NCBI GenBank assembly: GCA_013286285.1
Contig: JABDGA010000001.1
Coordinates: forward strand, 4,413 to 68,412
DNA: 64,000 nucleotides
Source of the DNA: Alphaproteobacteria bacterium
GTDB taxonomy: Bacteria; Pseudomonadota; Alphaproteobacteria; Rickettsiales; JABCZZ01
Direction of reading: 5' to 3'
The notes beneath the pieces were generated by a model. It was not told where the DNA came from. It searched no databases and saw only the letters and a program-made list of their open reading frames with translations. The position numbers were made by a program, and so were the translations under genes. Shown here one piece after another: positions 20,490 to 30,453 of the stretch (its first letter is position 1; every line of letters starts with the position of its first letter).

Positions 20490-23040
20490 AAATCACTTTC
20501 CTGATCTGCTTGCCTTCCAGGGAACTCTGCACATTTTTTACCGAAAGCGCAAGCGATTCCACTTCTTCCCTTCCGGTATCTGCAGCACAGGCAATAGTGG
20601 CGCGCAGCTTGCCGTTTATCTGGATCGCGATGGTGACTTCATCTTCCTTGCACAATTCCGGATCGGCTTTCGGCCAGGAACGGTGTACCAGCATATCTTT
20701 ATTGCCAAGCTTTTCCCATAGTTCCTCCGCCAGATGGGGCAGGAAGGGAGAAATGAGATGTACGATAGTGTTGACCGCTTCTGCACGCGCATTGCCTACA
20801 TTCTTGTCTGAGAGCGTTCCCAGCAGATTGGAGAGTTCCCGGATACGGGCAATGGCTTTGTTGAAGTGAAACCTTTCAATATCCTGCGTCACATGCGCAA
20901 TGGTCTTATGCGTCGCCTGACGTAGTTTGAGCGCTTCCATTTCGTCCACCGGGCCGGCTGTAATATTTTCCTCCAGCAACAGACGCCATAACTTGTTGAT
21001 GTAGCGCCATGCGCCGTCAATGCCTGCTTCCGTCCATTCCAGATCGCGGTCTGGCGGCGAATCAGAGAGCATAAACAAGCGTGCAGTGTCCGCGCCGTAA
21101 CTCAGGATGATTTCGCGCGGATCAATAACATTCTTCTTCGACTTGCTCATTTTCTCGGAGCGGCCTACCGTGACAGGCTGGCCGTTTTTCTTATCCAGCA
21201 GCATGCCGTCCTTGCGCACCAGTTCTTCCGGATAGAGCCAGTTGCCGGAGGCGTCCTTATAGGTTTCGTGGCATATCATGCCCTGGGTCATCAGTCCTTT
21301 GAATGGCTCTTCAACGTCAATATAGCCACAGGCTTTCAGGGCACGGGTGAAGAAGCGTGCATAGAGCAGGTGCAGCACCGCATGTTCCACCCCGCCGATA
21401 TATTTATCCACCGGCATCCATTTTGTCATGGCGGGTTTGGAGAGTGGCTGAGAATCGGATTTATCGCTGCAGTAGCGGGCAAAATACCAGGAGGATTCAA
21501 AAAAAGTGTCAAACGTATCCGTTTCCCGTTCCGCCGGTTTGCCGCAGGCCGGGCAGGGGACATGCTTCCATGTCGGGTGGTGGGCAAGCGGGTTGCCGGG
21601 CTTATCAAAGGTGACATCCTCCGGCAATTTTACCGGCAGCTCCTTTTCCGGCACTGGCACTACACCGCAATGATTGCAATAAATGACGGGAATGGGACAC
21701 CCCCAATAACGCTGGCGCGACACGCCCCAGTCGCGCAGGCGGTAGTTGACGGTCTTTTCCCCGATGCCGAGTTTTACCAATTCTTCGATGGCTTTCTCTT
21801 TTGCCTGATCCACAGTAAGGCCATTGAGGAAATCAGAGTGGATGATCTTGCCGTCGCCGGTATAGGCTTCCGTGAGCGACGTTTCATTGCCTGAGTCACT
21901 GACTACCGGCAGTATCGGCAAGCCATATTTAGTGGCAAACTCAAAGTCCCGCAGATCATGCGCCGGACAGCCGAAAATCGCGCCGGTTCCGTATTCCATC
22001 AACACGAAATTGGCGACATATATTGGGTGTTCACGATTTTTGTCAAACGGATGCGTTACCTTCAGGCCGGTGTCGAATCCCTTCTTTTCGGCTTTTTCAA
22101 TGGCCTCTTCGCTGACGCCGGTACGGTTGCAATCCTCTATGAAATTCGCCAGTTGCCGGTTGCCGGTTGCCAGTTGTTGCGCGAGAGGATGCTGTGGTGA
22201 TATAGCACAAAAAGACATCCCAAATAATGTATCAGGTCTTGTAGTATAAATTTCAAGACCTGCATCTTCAACCGGCAACTTGCAGCCGGCAACTGACAAC
22301 GTCACTTTCGCTCCAACCGATTTGCCGATCCATTTTTCCTGCATGGTTTTTACTTTGTCCGGCCAGTCGGAAAGATCAGATAGTCCGGCAAGCAGCGCGT
22401 CAGCAAAATGAGATATTCTCAGGAACCACTGTGAAAGCTTTTTACGCTCGACAACCGCGCCGGAACGCCAGCCGCGTCCGTCAATCACCTGCTCGTTGGC
22501 AAGTACGGTATTATCCACTGGATCCCAGTTGACGAAGGACTCTTTGCGGTAAGCGAGGCCATTTTTTAAGAAATCAAGAAAGAATTTCTGCTCATGGCGG
22601 TAATATTCCGGATCGCAGGTCGCCAGCTCGCGCGACCAATCATAGGAAAGGCCAATGGATTTCAATTGTCCCCGCATGGTGTCAATATTCTTGTAAGTCC
22701 ATTCTGCAGGATGCACCTTGCGTTCGATAGCTGCGTTTTCCGCCGGTAACCCGAACGCGTCCCAACCCATTGGATGCATCACTTCAAATCCGCAAGCACG
22801 TTTATAGCGTGCCAGCACATCACCCAGCGTATAGTTTCGCACATGGCCCATATGAATATTGCCAGATGGGTAGGGGAACATTTCCAGCACATAGTAAGTA
22901 GGGGGTAGCGAGTCACGAGTCGCGAGGGTACGCGGAGGAGCGCTTTGCGACGACCCCACACAAAACACCTTTCTTTCTTCCCACACCCCTTGCCATTTTT
23001 GCTCGGTTTCGCGGAAGTTATAGCGGGGTATTTCGGACAT
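20452..23040 (-). CDS. leuS: leucine--tRNA ligase
   Basis: 862 aa with '[21 protein letters not shown]', '[10 protein letters not shown]', '[16 protein letters not shown]' and 'KMSKSKKN'. Confidence 0.95.
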   Translation of the reverse strand: MSEIPRYNFRETEQKWQGVWEERKVFCVGSSQSAPPRTLATRDSLPPTYYVLEMFPYPSGNIHMGHVRNYTLGDVLARYKRACGFEVMHPMGWDAFGLPAENAAIERKVHPAEWTYKNIDTMRGQLKSIGLSYDWSRELATCDPEYYRHEQKFFLDFLKNGLAYRKESFVNWDPVDNTVLANEQVIDGRGWRSGAVVERKKLSQWFLRISHFADALLAGLSDLSDWPDKVKTMQEKWIGKSVGAKVTLSVAGCKLPVEDAGLEIYTTRPDTLFGMSFCAISPQHPLAQQLATGNRQLANFIEDCNRTGVSEEAIEKAEKKGFDTGLKVTHPFDKNREHPIYVANFVLMEYGTGAIFGCPAHDLRDFEFATKYGLPILPVVSDSGNETSLTEAYTGDGKIIHSDFLNGLTVDQAKEKAIEELVKLGIGEKTVNYRLRDWGVSRQRYWGCPIPVIYCNHCGVVPVPEKELPVKLPEDVTFDKPGNPLAHHPTWKHVPCPACGKPAERETDTFDTFFESSWYFARYCSDKSDSQPLSKPAMTKWMPVDKYIGGVEHAVLHLLYARFFTRALKACGYIDVEEPFKGLMTQGMICHETYKDASGNWLYPEELVRKDGMLLDKKNGQPVTVGRSEKMSKSKKNVIDPREIILSYGADTARLFMLSDSPPDRDLEWTEAGIDGAWRYINKLWRLLLEENITAGPVDEMEALKLRQATHKTIAHVTQDIERFHFNKAIARIRELSNLLGTLSDKNVGNARAEAVNTIVHLISPFLPHLAEELWEKLGNKDMLVHRSWPKADPELCKEDEVTIAIQINGKLRATIACAADTGREEVESLALSVKNVQSSLEGKQIRKVIYVPGKIVNVVAQ
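22149..22176. repeat. tandem heptamer tract, 4 x CCRGTTG (= GTTGCCR register)
   Basis: ccagttg ccggttg ccggttg ccagttg inside leuS, encoding '[10 protein letters not shown]'. Confidence 0.9.
22269..22303. repeat. tandem heptamer tract, 5 x CARCNNN (reverse complement of the 22149 tract family)
   Basis: caaccgg caacttg cagccgg caactga caacgtc inside leuS. On the coding strand it encodes '[12 protein letters not shown]'. Confidence 0.85.
22905..22925. repeat. tandem heptamer tract, 3 x GTNNCGA
   Basis: gtagcga gtcacga gtcgcga inside the leuS N-terminal region, encoding 'LATRDSLP'. Confidence 0.8.
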
Positions 23041-23069
23041 GGTGCAGATTAAAAGAGTAGACGGATGAT

Positions 23070-23588
23070 TTATTTATTCGCTTGCGCCAGCCGCATTTCA
23101 CGTGCGCGGGTCAGGATGGTATCTTCCAGATCGGTGGCAAGGTTTTTGTTGACTTCCACGTCGCGCCATACGCCTTTTTCATCCAGTTTTTGCTTAAAGA
23201 CGGTAATCTTGACGCCGTCAGCGCGCAATGCCTTATCGATGATAAGCGCATTTACTTTAAAGCGCTCACCTTTGGCTTTGGGATCTTCATACCAGTCCGT
23301 GATAATCACGCCGCCGAACGGATCAGCGGAAACCAGTGGCAGGAATGCAAGTGTATCAAGCGTGGCGCGCCACATATAGCTGTTGATGCCAATGCCGGGA
23401 CCGCCATTTTTATCGCCGCCGCCCAGCGACAGCAGCCCCCCGCCTCCGGTCATGCTGCCACGGCTTTCCTTGAGTCCCAGGTTGGAATTGACCGGAGCTT
23501 CCGCCTTGCCGCCTGAAAATAGCCCGCAGGCACTGACAACCAGCAATGCTGCAAGACCTGCAAGAGATAGAAGTAGTTTTTTATGCAT
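23070..23588 (-). CDS. DUF3576-like lipoprotein
   Basis: 172 aa with lipobox 'VVSAC' and '[33 protein letters not shown]'. Confidence 0.75.
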   Translation of the reverse strand: MHKKLLLSLAGLAALLVVSACGLFSGGKAEAPVNSNLGLKESRGSMTGGGGLLSLGGGDKNGGPGIGINSYMWRATLDTLAFLPLVSADPFGGVIITDWYEDPKAKGERFKVNALIIDKALRADGVKITVFKQKLDEKGVWRDVEVNKNLATDLEDTILTRAREMRLAQANK

Positions 23589-23638
23589 GGACTATGTATA
23601 TAAGGAAATGCTTTGAATGTTGCAACAGAGAATAATGT

Positions 23639-24928
23639 ATGAAAGTTCTGGTTATAGGCTCCGGCGGAAGAGAACATGCCCTTACGTGGCGGATAAAGCA
23701 GTCGCCGCTTGTTTCTGAGGTTTTTTGCGCATCGGGGAATGCAGGAATCAGTCAAGATGTGACTAATGTACCTCTCGCAACTTATGCTGATATGGTTGCT
23801 TTCTGTAAAAAAGAAACGATCGATTTAGTAGTCATAGGTCCTGATGCCCCAGTTGTAGATGGGCTTGCTGATATTTTAAATAGCAATAACATTAGCGTAT
23901 TCGGTCCCTCGGCAAAGGCGGCGCAGCTCGAGGGCTCCAAAGGATTCACCAAGGATATCTGCCGGAAATACGGCATCCCCACGGCAGATTACGAACGTTT
24001 TACGGCGCTTGAACCGGCGCTCGCATATATAAAACAAAAAGGCGCGCCGATTGTCATCAAGGCGGACGGGCTCGCCGCAGGCAAGGGTGTAGTTGTCGCC
24101 ATGACGGAGAAAGAGGCCTGCGATGCTGTCAAGGACATTATGGGAGGAAAATTCGGCGTTGCCGGGGCGTCGGTGGTGATAGAAGAATTCCTTGAAGGTG
24201 AGGAGGTCAGTTTCTTTGCGCTGTGTGATGGCCAGGATGCGATAGAGTTCGGCTCGGCGCAGGATCATAAGCGTGCGTATGATGGGGATAAAGGGCCTAA
24301 CACAGGCGGAATGGGCACTTATTCCCCGGCCCCTATCATGACGGATGCCATGCGTAAGCGTGTGATGAAGGAAATTATCTACCCCACCGTGCGCGCAATG
24401 GCTGCAGAGAAAATGCCTTATAAGGGCGTGCTATTCGCAGGACTCATGATGACTGCATCCGGCCCGAAACTGATAGAATATAATGCGCGTTTCGGCGATC
24501 CGGAAACCCAGTCAATGATGATGCGGCTGGATTCGGATCTGGTTCCTGCGCTCTTGGCATGCATAAAAGGCGGGCTTGAGAAGGTTACAATACGCTTTAA
24601 ACCCCAGGCGGCGCTATGTGTGGTGATGGCGGCAAAAGGCTACCCGGGAGAATATAAGAAAGGTAGCCTCATCCAGGGGCTTGAAAAAATTTCCACCATG
24701 CAAGACGTAAAGGTATTTCATGCTGGAACCGTCAGTAAAGATGGCAACATCATCGCAACAGGTGGGCGCGTGCTTGGGGTGACGGCGCTGGCGGCAACCA
24801 TAGAAGCGGCGCAGAAACTTGCCTATGCGGCAGTAGATCAGATCGACTGGCCGGAAGGGTTTTGCCGCAGGGATATCGGAGCAAAGGTAATTACATCGTA
24901 TGTTGGCAACGCCTGCAGTAACGCATAA
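23639..24928 (+). CDS. purD: phosphoribosylamine--glycine ligase
   Basis: 429 aa with 'MKVLVIGSGGREHAL', 'VIKADGLAAGKGV', 'YDGDKGPNTGGMG' and 'EYNARFGDPETQ'. Confidence 0.93.
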   Translation: MKVLVIGSGGREHALTWRIKQSPLVSEVFCASGNAGISQDVTNVPLATYADMVAFCKKETIDLVVIGPDAPVVDGLADILNSNNISVFGPSAKAAQLEGSKGFTKDICRKYGIPTADYERFTALEPALAYIKQKGAPIVIKADGLAAGKGVVVAMTEKEACDAVKDIMGGKFGVAGASVVIEEFLEGEEVSFFALCDGQDAIEFGSAQDHKRAYDGDKGPNTGGMGTYSPAPIMTDAMRKRVMKEIIYPTVRAMAAEKMPYKGVLFAGLMMTASGPKLIEYNARFGDPETQSMMMRLDSDLVPALLACIKGGLEKVTIRFKPQAALCVVMAAKGYPGEYKKGSLIQGLEKISTMQDVKVFHAGTVSKDGNIIATGGRVLGVTALAATIEAAQKLAYAAVDQIDWPEGFCRRDIGAKVITSYVGNACSNA

Positions 24929-26258
24929 CCAACTGACCTACAGCGTCAGCGAAATATCCGGCGCGCTCAAGCGCGTGGTGGAGGATAATTTCGGCCATAT
25001 CCGGGTACGTGGTGAGATATCCGGCTGGAAAGTGGCTGCTTCTGGACATGCATATCTGAAGCTCAAGGATGAAAATTCTTTGCTGGATGCCGTCTGCTGG
25101 AAAGGCGTGGCAGGAAAAATAGCGTTTAAGCCTGAAGACGGTATGGAAGTCATATGTTCGGGCAGGATTACCACCTATCCGGGGCGTTCGACCTACCAGT
25201 TAGTGATCGATTTCATGGAGCCCGCCGGGGTGGGAGCATTGATGGCGCTTCTGGAAAAGCGCAAGGCAATGCTGGCCGCCGAAGGGCTGTTTGATCCCAA
25301 GCGTAAAAAGCCGTTACCCTTTATGCCGCAGGTTATCGGTGTGGTGACCTCGCCTACGGGGGCTGTCATTCGTGACATACTCCACCGTCTAAGCGACCGT
25401 TTTCCATGCCATGTGATTGTCTGGGGTGTGGCAGTACAGGGAGAAGGGGCGGCGGAGCAGATTGCCCGTGCCATCCATGGCTTTAATGCCATAGAAGAAA
25501 ATAATACGTCCCCCAGAAGGCCCGACCTTATTATCGTCGCACGCGGCGGCGGATCGCTGGAGGATCTCTGGGCGTTCAATGAAGAGATCGTCGTGCGTGC
25601 CGCGGCAGCATCACGCCTTCCATTGATTTCCGCCGTAGGGCATGAAACGGATACGACCTTAATTGATTACGTCTCCGATCGGCGCGCGCCTACTCCCACG
25701 GCGGCGGCGGAAATGGCGTTGCCGGTGCGTGAGGAATGGCTGCTATCACTCATGGAGCAAGGCAAGCGGATATTTATGGCGATCACGCGCCTGCTGCAGA
25801 ATCGGAATGAAAGAGTATCGGGACTCGCAAGGGGATTGCCGAATCCGGTCCGATTGATGGATGTAGCAGCGCAACGGCTGGATGATTGGAGCGAACGTCA
25901 TGCATCTTCGCTTCCAGCGTTCATCACGCGTAAAAGCCAGCTTCTTGCAGTAGTTGCCGCCAGGCTGCAGCCGCGCAGTCTGATGCAGAATATTCAGCAT
26001 CTTGAGGCCAAACTAACGGAAGCCGCTGATCGGATAGCACGGATTATCCTGCGCAATATCAATGAACACGGACAAAAATTTACGCATATTGCTCAATTGT
26101 TTGAGAGCCTGAATTATAAACGCGTTCTGATGCGCGGATTTGTGCTGGTGCGTAGTAAGGAAAGGAAAGTAATCACTCGTGCGGCTGCAGTGTATCCGGA
26201 CGAATTGCTTGAGCTTGAATTTTTTGACAGTAGCAAAACGGTAAGAACGGCATTATGA
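24900..26258 (+). CDS. xseA: exodeoxyribonuclease VII large subunit
   Basis: 452 aa with 'VSEISGALKRVVEDNFGHIRVRGEISG', 'SPTGAVIRDILH', 'IIVARGGGSLEDLW' and 'ISAVGHETDTTL'. Confidence 0.9.
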   Translation: MLATPAVTHNQLTYSVSEISGALKRVVEDNFGHIRVRGEISGWKVAASGHAYLKLKDENSLLDAVCWKGVAGKIAFKPEDGMEVICSGRITTYPGRSTYQLVIDFMEPAGVGALMALLEKRKAMLAAEGLFDPKRKKPLPFMPQVIGVVTSPTGAVIRDILHRLSDRFPCHVIVWGVAVQGEGAAEQIARAIHGFNAIEENNTSPRRPDLIIVARGGGSLEDLWAFNEEIVVRAAAASRLPLISAVGHETDTTLIDYVSDRRAPTPTAAAEMALPVREEWLLSLMEQGKRIFMAITRLLQNRNERVSGLARGLPNPVRLMDVAAQRLDDWSERHASSLPAFITRKSQLLAVVAARLQPRSLMQNIQHLEAKLTEAADRIARIILRNINEHGQKFTHIAQLFESLNYKRVLMRGFVLVRSKERKVITRAAAVYPDELLELEFFDSSKTVRTAL

Positions 26259-26767
26259 AAACCCTTTATATATTGCGCCATGCTAAAGCAGAGCTGGGAA
26301 AAGACGGCCAAGAAGATAGTGAGAGGACACTTTCAGAACGTGGACGTGAGGCTTGCGCCTCCATAGGCGCGTACGTCAGAGAGAAATCCTATACTCCCTC
26401 CCTTGTCCTGTGTTCCCCTGCCGCCCGCACGCGGGAAACCTATGAACTGGCGATGCAGGCTGCAGAGATTTCTCCTACGGTCCGATATGAAAAAGGTATT
26501 TATCTGGCCAGCCCCACCACCCTCTTGCAGCTTATACAAGGCACCGATAATAATCAGGATTCTCTTTTGATTGTCGGTCATAACCCCGCCATGCACCAGT
26601 TGGCTTTCAGCCTGGCTCAACCTGCAAATACAGTTTTATATAAAGGGCTTATGACAAAATACTCCACTGGTACATTGACAGTGCTGTGCTTTCCGGTAGA
26701 TTCGTGGCAGGATATTGCGCAAGGGAAGGGAAATCTGATTGATGTCCGCTCCCCGGCGGCTTCTTGA
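26255..26767 (+). CDS. sixA: histidine phosphatase family protein (SixA-like)
   Basis: 170 aa with the 'LYILRHAKAE' RHG motif and 'IVGHNP'. Confidence 0.75.
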   Translation: MKTLYILRHAKAELGKDGQEDSERTLSERGREACASIGAYVREKSYTPSLVLCSPAARTRETYELAMQAAEISPTVRYEKGIYLASPTTLLQLIQGTDNNQDSLLIVGHNPAMHQLAFSLAQPANTVLYKGLMTKYSTGTLTVLCFPVDSWQDIAQGKGNLIDVRSPAAS

Positions 26768-26779
26768 ACGTGGTGTGTT

Positions 26780-27241
26780 ATGGAAAATAAAGCCCCGCAC
26801 GTTACCGGCAAATCGAAGAAGAAATTGGTTGTCCTGGTTGTGCTTAGCATCTTGGGCAGTGTATTGCTCAAGATGAACTTTATATTTTTCTCTGTAGGGA
26901 TGCTTCCGGCAATGGTCGCCTACATTGTGGACCATGATAAGAATAAGTATATTTTTTCGACTGTCGCGGCATTAAATTTTGCGGGTGTTTTCCCTTATAT
27001 GGTGGATATTTTCATGCAGGGCGGCACCTTTATTGCAGTTAGGGATAAGCTGTCGGACATGATGGTATGGCTTGTCATGTACGCCTCGGCTGCCCTGGGA
27101 TGGGGAGTGGTCTTTGCCAGCCCTATTATCGCTGCTGCGGTGCTGGAAGGCATATATGCCGGACGCATATTACATATGGAAAATTTACAGAAGAAAGCCA
27201 TAGAGGAGTGGGGAGAAGAAATCATGGGACATAAGGAATAG
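26780..27241 (+). CDS. hypothetical small membrane protein
   Basis: 153 aa with 3-4 hydrophobic segments; no family recognised. Confidence 0.65.
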   Translation: MENKAPHVTGKSKKKLVVLVVLSILGSVLLKMNFIFFSVGMLPAMVAYIVDHDKNKYIFSTVAALNFAGVFPYMVDIFMQGGTFIAVRDKLSDMMVWLVMYASAALGWGVVFASPIIAAAVLEGIYAGRILHMENLQKKAIEEWGEEIMGHKE

Positions 27242-27247
27242 TCATAG

Positions 27248-28138
27248 ATGGGAAATATTATTGACGGCAAAGCATATGCCGCCGCATTGCGTGAAGAGGT
27301 AAAAAAGGGAGTGCAGGAAATCCGGAGCGTCCATGGCGTTAGCCCCGGTCTTGCTGTCATATTGGTGGGTAACGATCCGGCTAGCGAAGTATATGTGGCC
27401 AGCAAGGGCAAGATGTGCCGTGAAGCCGGGATGGAGGCTTTTGACTTCCGCTTGCCTGCAGATACGACGGAAAGCCAACTGATCGCCAAAATAACGGAGA
27501 TGAACAAAGACAAAAAGGTAAACGGGATTCTGGTGCAGTTGCCATTGCCGAAGCATATCCATGAAAACGCGGTCATCAATGCCATCGATCCACAGAAAGA
27601 TGTGGACGGGTTGCATACTATCAATACAGGCAGGCTGGCTACTGGCCAGGAAGGCATGATTCCCTGCACGCCGCTCGGCTGTCTCATACTTCTGAAGCAT
27701 GTGCTTGGCGACATGTCCGGCAAGCACGCAGTTATCGTCGGTCGGTCGAATCTCGTCGGCAAGCCTATGGCGCAATTACTGTTGCGTGAAAACTGCACTG
27801 TAACCGTTTGCCATTCGCATACAAAGAATCTTGCGGAAATATGCAGGCAGGCGGATATTCTAGTGGCGGCAACGGGGAAAGCCGAATTGATAACCGGCGA
27901 ATGGGTTAAAAATGATGCGGTGGTGATAGATGTCGGTATCAACCGTATCCGTCTTTCCGATGATACTACCAAACTGGTCGGCGATGTTGCGTTTGCAGAA
28001 GCGCGGCAGCGTGTGAAAGCGATTACTCCTGTACCCGGCGGCGTAGGGCCGATGACGATTGCCTGCCTGCTTGCCAATACCCTGAAGGCTGCCTGCCTGC
28101 AGAATAAGATACAAAGCAACAACCTTATAAACATTTAA
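27248..28138 (+). CDS. folD: bifunctional methylenetetrahydrofolate dehydrogenase/cyclohydrolase
   Basis: 296 aa with 'IIDGKAYA', '[16 protein letters not shown]', '[12 protein letters not shown]', '[12 protein letters not shown]' and '[11 protein letters not shown]'. Confidence 0.95.
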   Translation: MGNIIDGKAYAAALREEVKKGVQEIRSVHGVSPGLAVILVGNDPASEVYVASKGKMCREAGMEAFDFRLPADTTESQLIAKITEMNKDKKVNGILVQLPLPKHIHENAVINAIDPQKDVDGLHTINTGRLATGQEGMIPCTPLGCLILLKHVLGDMSGKHAVIVGRSNLVGKPMAQLLLRENCTVTVCHSHTKNLAEICRQADILVAATGKAELITGEWVKNDAVVIDVGINRIRLSDDTTKLVGDVAFAEARQRVKAITPVPGGVGPMTIACLLANTLKAACLQNKIQSNNLINI

Positions 28139-28144
28139 AAAGTT

Positions 28145-29524
28145 ATGACACATACATTCCATCCCTCTATTTTACGGGAATACGATATCCGTGGCATCAT
28201 TGACGAGACCCTTTCCTCCGACGATGCCTATGCCATTGGCCGGGCTTTCGGCAGTTTCAAGCCGGAATGGAAAACCAAAAAACCGCGTATCGCAGTCGGG
28301 CGTGACGGCAGGCTTAGCTCGCCTGCGCTCGAAGAAGCGCTTGTGCGTGGGTTGGTAGATTGCGGTGTGGAAGTAATTCGCATTGGTGTCGGGCCGACGC
28401 CGATGCTGTATTTTGCCGTATGCTCGGATAAGCTTGACGGCGGCATCATGATCACCGGTTCGCATAATCCGCCAACGCATAATGGATTCAAGTTCATGAT
28501 GGGATTAAAATCTTTTTATGGAGAGGAGATCCGGAAGCTTGGTGTGATTGCCGCCAGCGGCGCATATATTTCCGGCGTCGGCAAAGCAACTGATAAGCAT
28601 GTGGAACAGGCGTATGTGGATACGCTGTTGAAAGCGTATCATGGCGAGCGCCGGCTCAAAGTGGCATGGGATGCGGGCAACGGCGCTGCCGGGCGTATCA
28701 TGCAGGCATTGACGCAACGTCTGCCGGGCGAGCATATCACGCTGTTTGCCGATATTGATGGCGCCTTTCCCAACCATCATCCCGATCCAAGCGTAGCGCA
28801 TAATCTTGAGGATCTGATACGCACGGTGCGTGCACAGCATTGTGATGCGGGCGTTGCTTTCGACGGTGACGGCGATCGTATTGGCGTTGTGGATGAGACT
28901 GGAGAAATCATCTGGGGCGATCAGTTGCTGGCTATCTATGCTTCGGAAATACTGGCGGAACGTAAGGGCGCGACCATCATTGCCGATGTAAAAGCCAGCC
29001 AGATATTATTTGACGAAGTTGCGCGGATGGGTGGAGTGCCCTTGATGTGGAAAACCGGCCATTCCCTCATCAAGACCAAGATGGTGGAAACAGGCGCAGT
29101 GCTAGCCGGGGAGATGAGCGGGCATATGTTCTTCGCAGATAAATATTTCGGCTATGATGATGGGATTTATGCAGCGGTGCGCCTGGTGTCACTGCTTGCA
29201 AACAGCAACGTAAAGCTCTCCGAACTGCGCAAGCGACTACCGAAAACCTGCGCCACACCGGAGATTCGTATCGACTGTCATGAAGAACGCAAATTTGCCA
29301 TCATTAGTGAAGTGAACGACCGCTTGCGTAAATCCGGCGCTAAGTTCAGCGATATAGACGGCGTGCGGGTGATGAATGAAGATGGCTGGTGGTTGCTGCG
29401 TGCCTCGAATACGCAAGCTATATTAGTGGCGCGCTGCGAAGCGGCTTCCAATGACGGCCTGTCGCGGCTGCATAAACATTTGAGCGATCAGCTTTCGGCA
29501 AGCGGTATTAAGATTGCGGCTTAG
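28145..29524 (+). CDS. phosphomannomutase/phosphoglucomutase
   Basis: 459 aa with active-site 'ITGSHNPPTHNGFK', the 'FDGDGDR' Mg site and 'GEMSGH'. Confidence 0.9.
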   Translation: MTHTFHPSILREYDIRGIIDETLSSDDAYAIGRAFGSFKPEWKTKKPRIAVGRDGRLSSPALEEALVRGLVDCGVEVIRIGVGPTPMLYFAVCSDKLDGGIMITGSHNPPTHNGFKFMMGLKSFYGEEIRKLGVIAASGAYISGVGKATDKHVEQAYVDTLLKAYHGERRLKVAWDAGNGAAGRIMQALTQRLPGEHITLFADIDGAFPNHHPDPSVAHNLEDLIRTVRAQHCDAGVAFDGDGDRIGVVDETGEIIWGDQLLAIYASEILAERKGATIIADVKASQILFDEVARMGGVPLMWKTGHSLIKTKMVETGAVLAGEMSGHMFFADKYFGYDDGIYAAVRLVSLLANSNVKLSELRKRLPKTCATPEIRIDCHEERKFAIISEVNDRLRKSGAKFSDIDGVRVMNEDGWWLLRASNTQAILVARCEAASNDGLSRLHKHLSDQLSASGIKIAA

Positions 29525-29578
29525 TCTTTTCCATCCCGCGTTGGCATGAAAAATGCTTATAAGCATGGGACGTGTCTT

Positions 29579-29717
29579 TATAGACATTCCAAGAACACTT
29601 ATACACTCGTCATCCCGTGCGAAAGCACGGGATCTCAGTCTATTACTATGAGATACCGCGGTCTTCGCCGCGGTATGACGGGATAGTTTATGTATAAAGT
29701 TATTTGGAATGACTATA
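29579..29717 (+). mobile_element. MITE-like element, copy A (139 bp)
   Basis: Left TIR tatagacattccaa (29579-29592) and right TIR ttggaatgactata (29704-29717). The core contains hairpins cccgtgc-gaaa-gcacggg and ataccgcgg-tcttcg-ccgcggtat. Confidence 0.85.
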
Positions 29718-29735
29718 GATGGAAGGAAAACGAAA

Positions 29736-30398
29736 ATGGGAACCATCAATTCGCTTTTTAGCATATTTGCAGCAACACAGAAGTATTCGGTTTCACAGAA
29801 TAATACATCTGTATCTATCGCGCAGGGACAGGCCAGCCAGACGGATGCTTACGGGGATGCATTTTCGCTCCAGATAAGCGAGAGTGCGATAAGTGCAGCG
29901 AGCGGAAACGGCAATACGGATTCGGAGGAAGCAGCAGTGATGTTTGCGTCTTATAAATCAGATACATCTTCAGGATCTGCCACTATTACTGGTGCTGCGT
30001 GGGTCGGGGCGGCAGGTGCAAAGGTTGCCGGTGTTACGGTAACCGGAGGGTTTATCGGGGGAGGTTATGCGGAAGGAGGGCCGGGCGTAAGTCCCGGCGA
30101 GCTGTTCAGTTTCATGCAAGATGAGAGGAATGCGCTGGGAACTTTTTTAGGAGGATCTACGGCCAGTTCAGGTGATACTTCTGCCAGTGCTTCTGGCGCG
30201 CCACAGGGAATACAAACAGATACAAGCACAGGAGTACCTTCATCATCGGATAGCGCTGCTCTTGATCAGCTGTTCGCACTCCTGACGCAGGAAATGTCAT
30301 CCCTGACAGCTCCATCCGCTTCCATAAATAATAGCAGTCAGGATAGTAAGGATTCAACACAACAGCAACCGGTAGATAAGAATACGGTATCAACCTGA
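29736..30398 (+). CDS. hypothetical Ser/Gly/Ala/Thr-rich protein
   Basis: Low-complexity ORF. ATG 29736 is preceded by ggaagg and is preferred. The listed start 29709 lies inside the MITE right TIR. Confidence 0.55.
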   Translation: MGTINSLFSIFAATQKYSVSQNNTSVSIAQGQASQTDAYGDAFSLQISESAISAASGNGNTDSEEAAVMFASYKSDTSSGSATITGAAWVGAAGAKVAGVTVTGGFIGGGYAEGGPGVSPGELFSFMQDERNALGTFLGGSTASSGDTSASASGAPQGIQTDTSTGVPSSSDSAALDQLFALLTQEMSSLTAPSASINNSSQDSKDSTQQQPVDKNTVST

Positions 30399-30453
30399 TA
30401 CCAGCATCATTCCTTCGAACCTATCGTTCTATGACACTATCGTTAATCTTTTC

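Noticed and set aside
26995-28134. 379-aa ORF on the minus strand
   Set aside because: It lies entirely antisense to folD and the preceding membrane-protein gene. The product is low-complexity and Ser/Pro/Ala/Cys-rich with no motifs, whereas folD on the plus strand carries textbook motifs. It is a shadow ORF.
29553-29566. 14-nt perfect palindrome atgcttataagcat just after the PMM/PGM stop
   Set aside because: It is short and AT-rich with no following T-tract. It could be chance or part of the MITE flank, and is not enough to call a terminator or operator.
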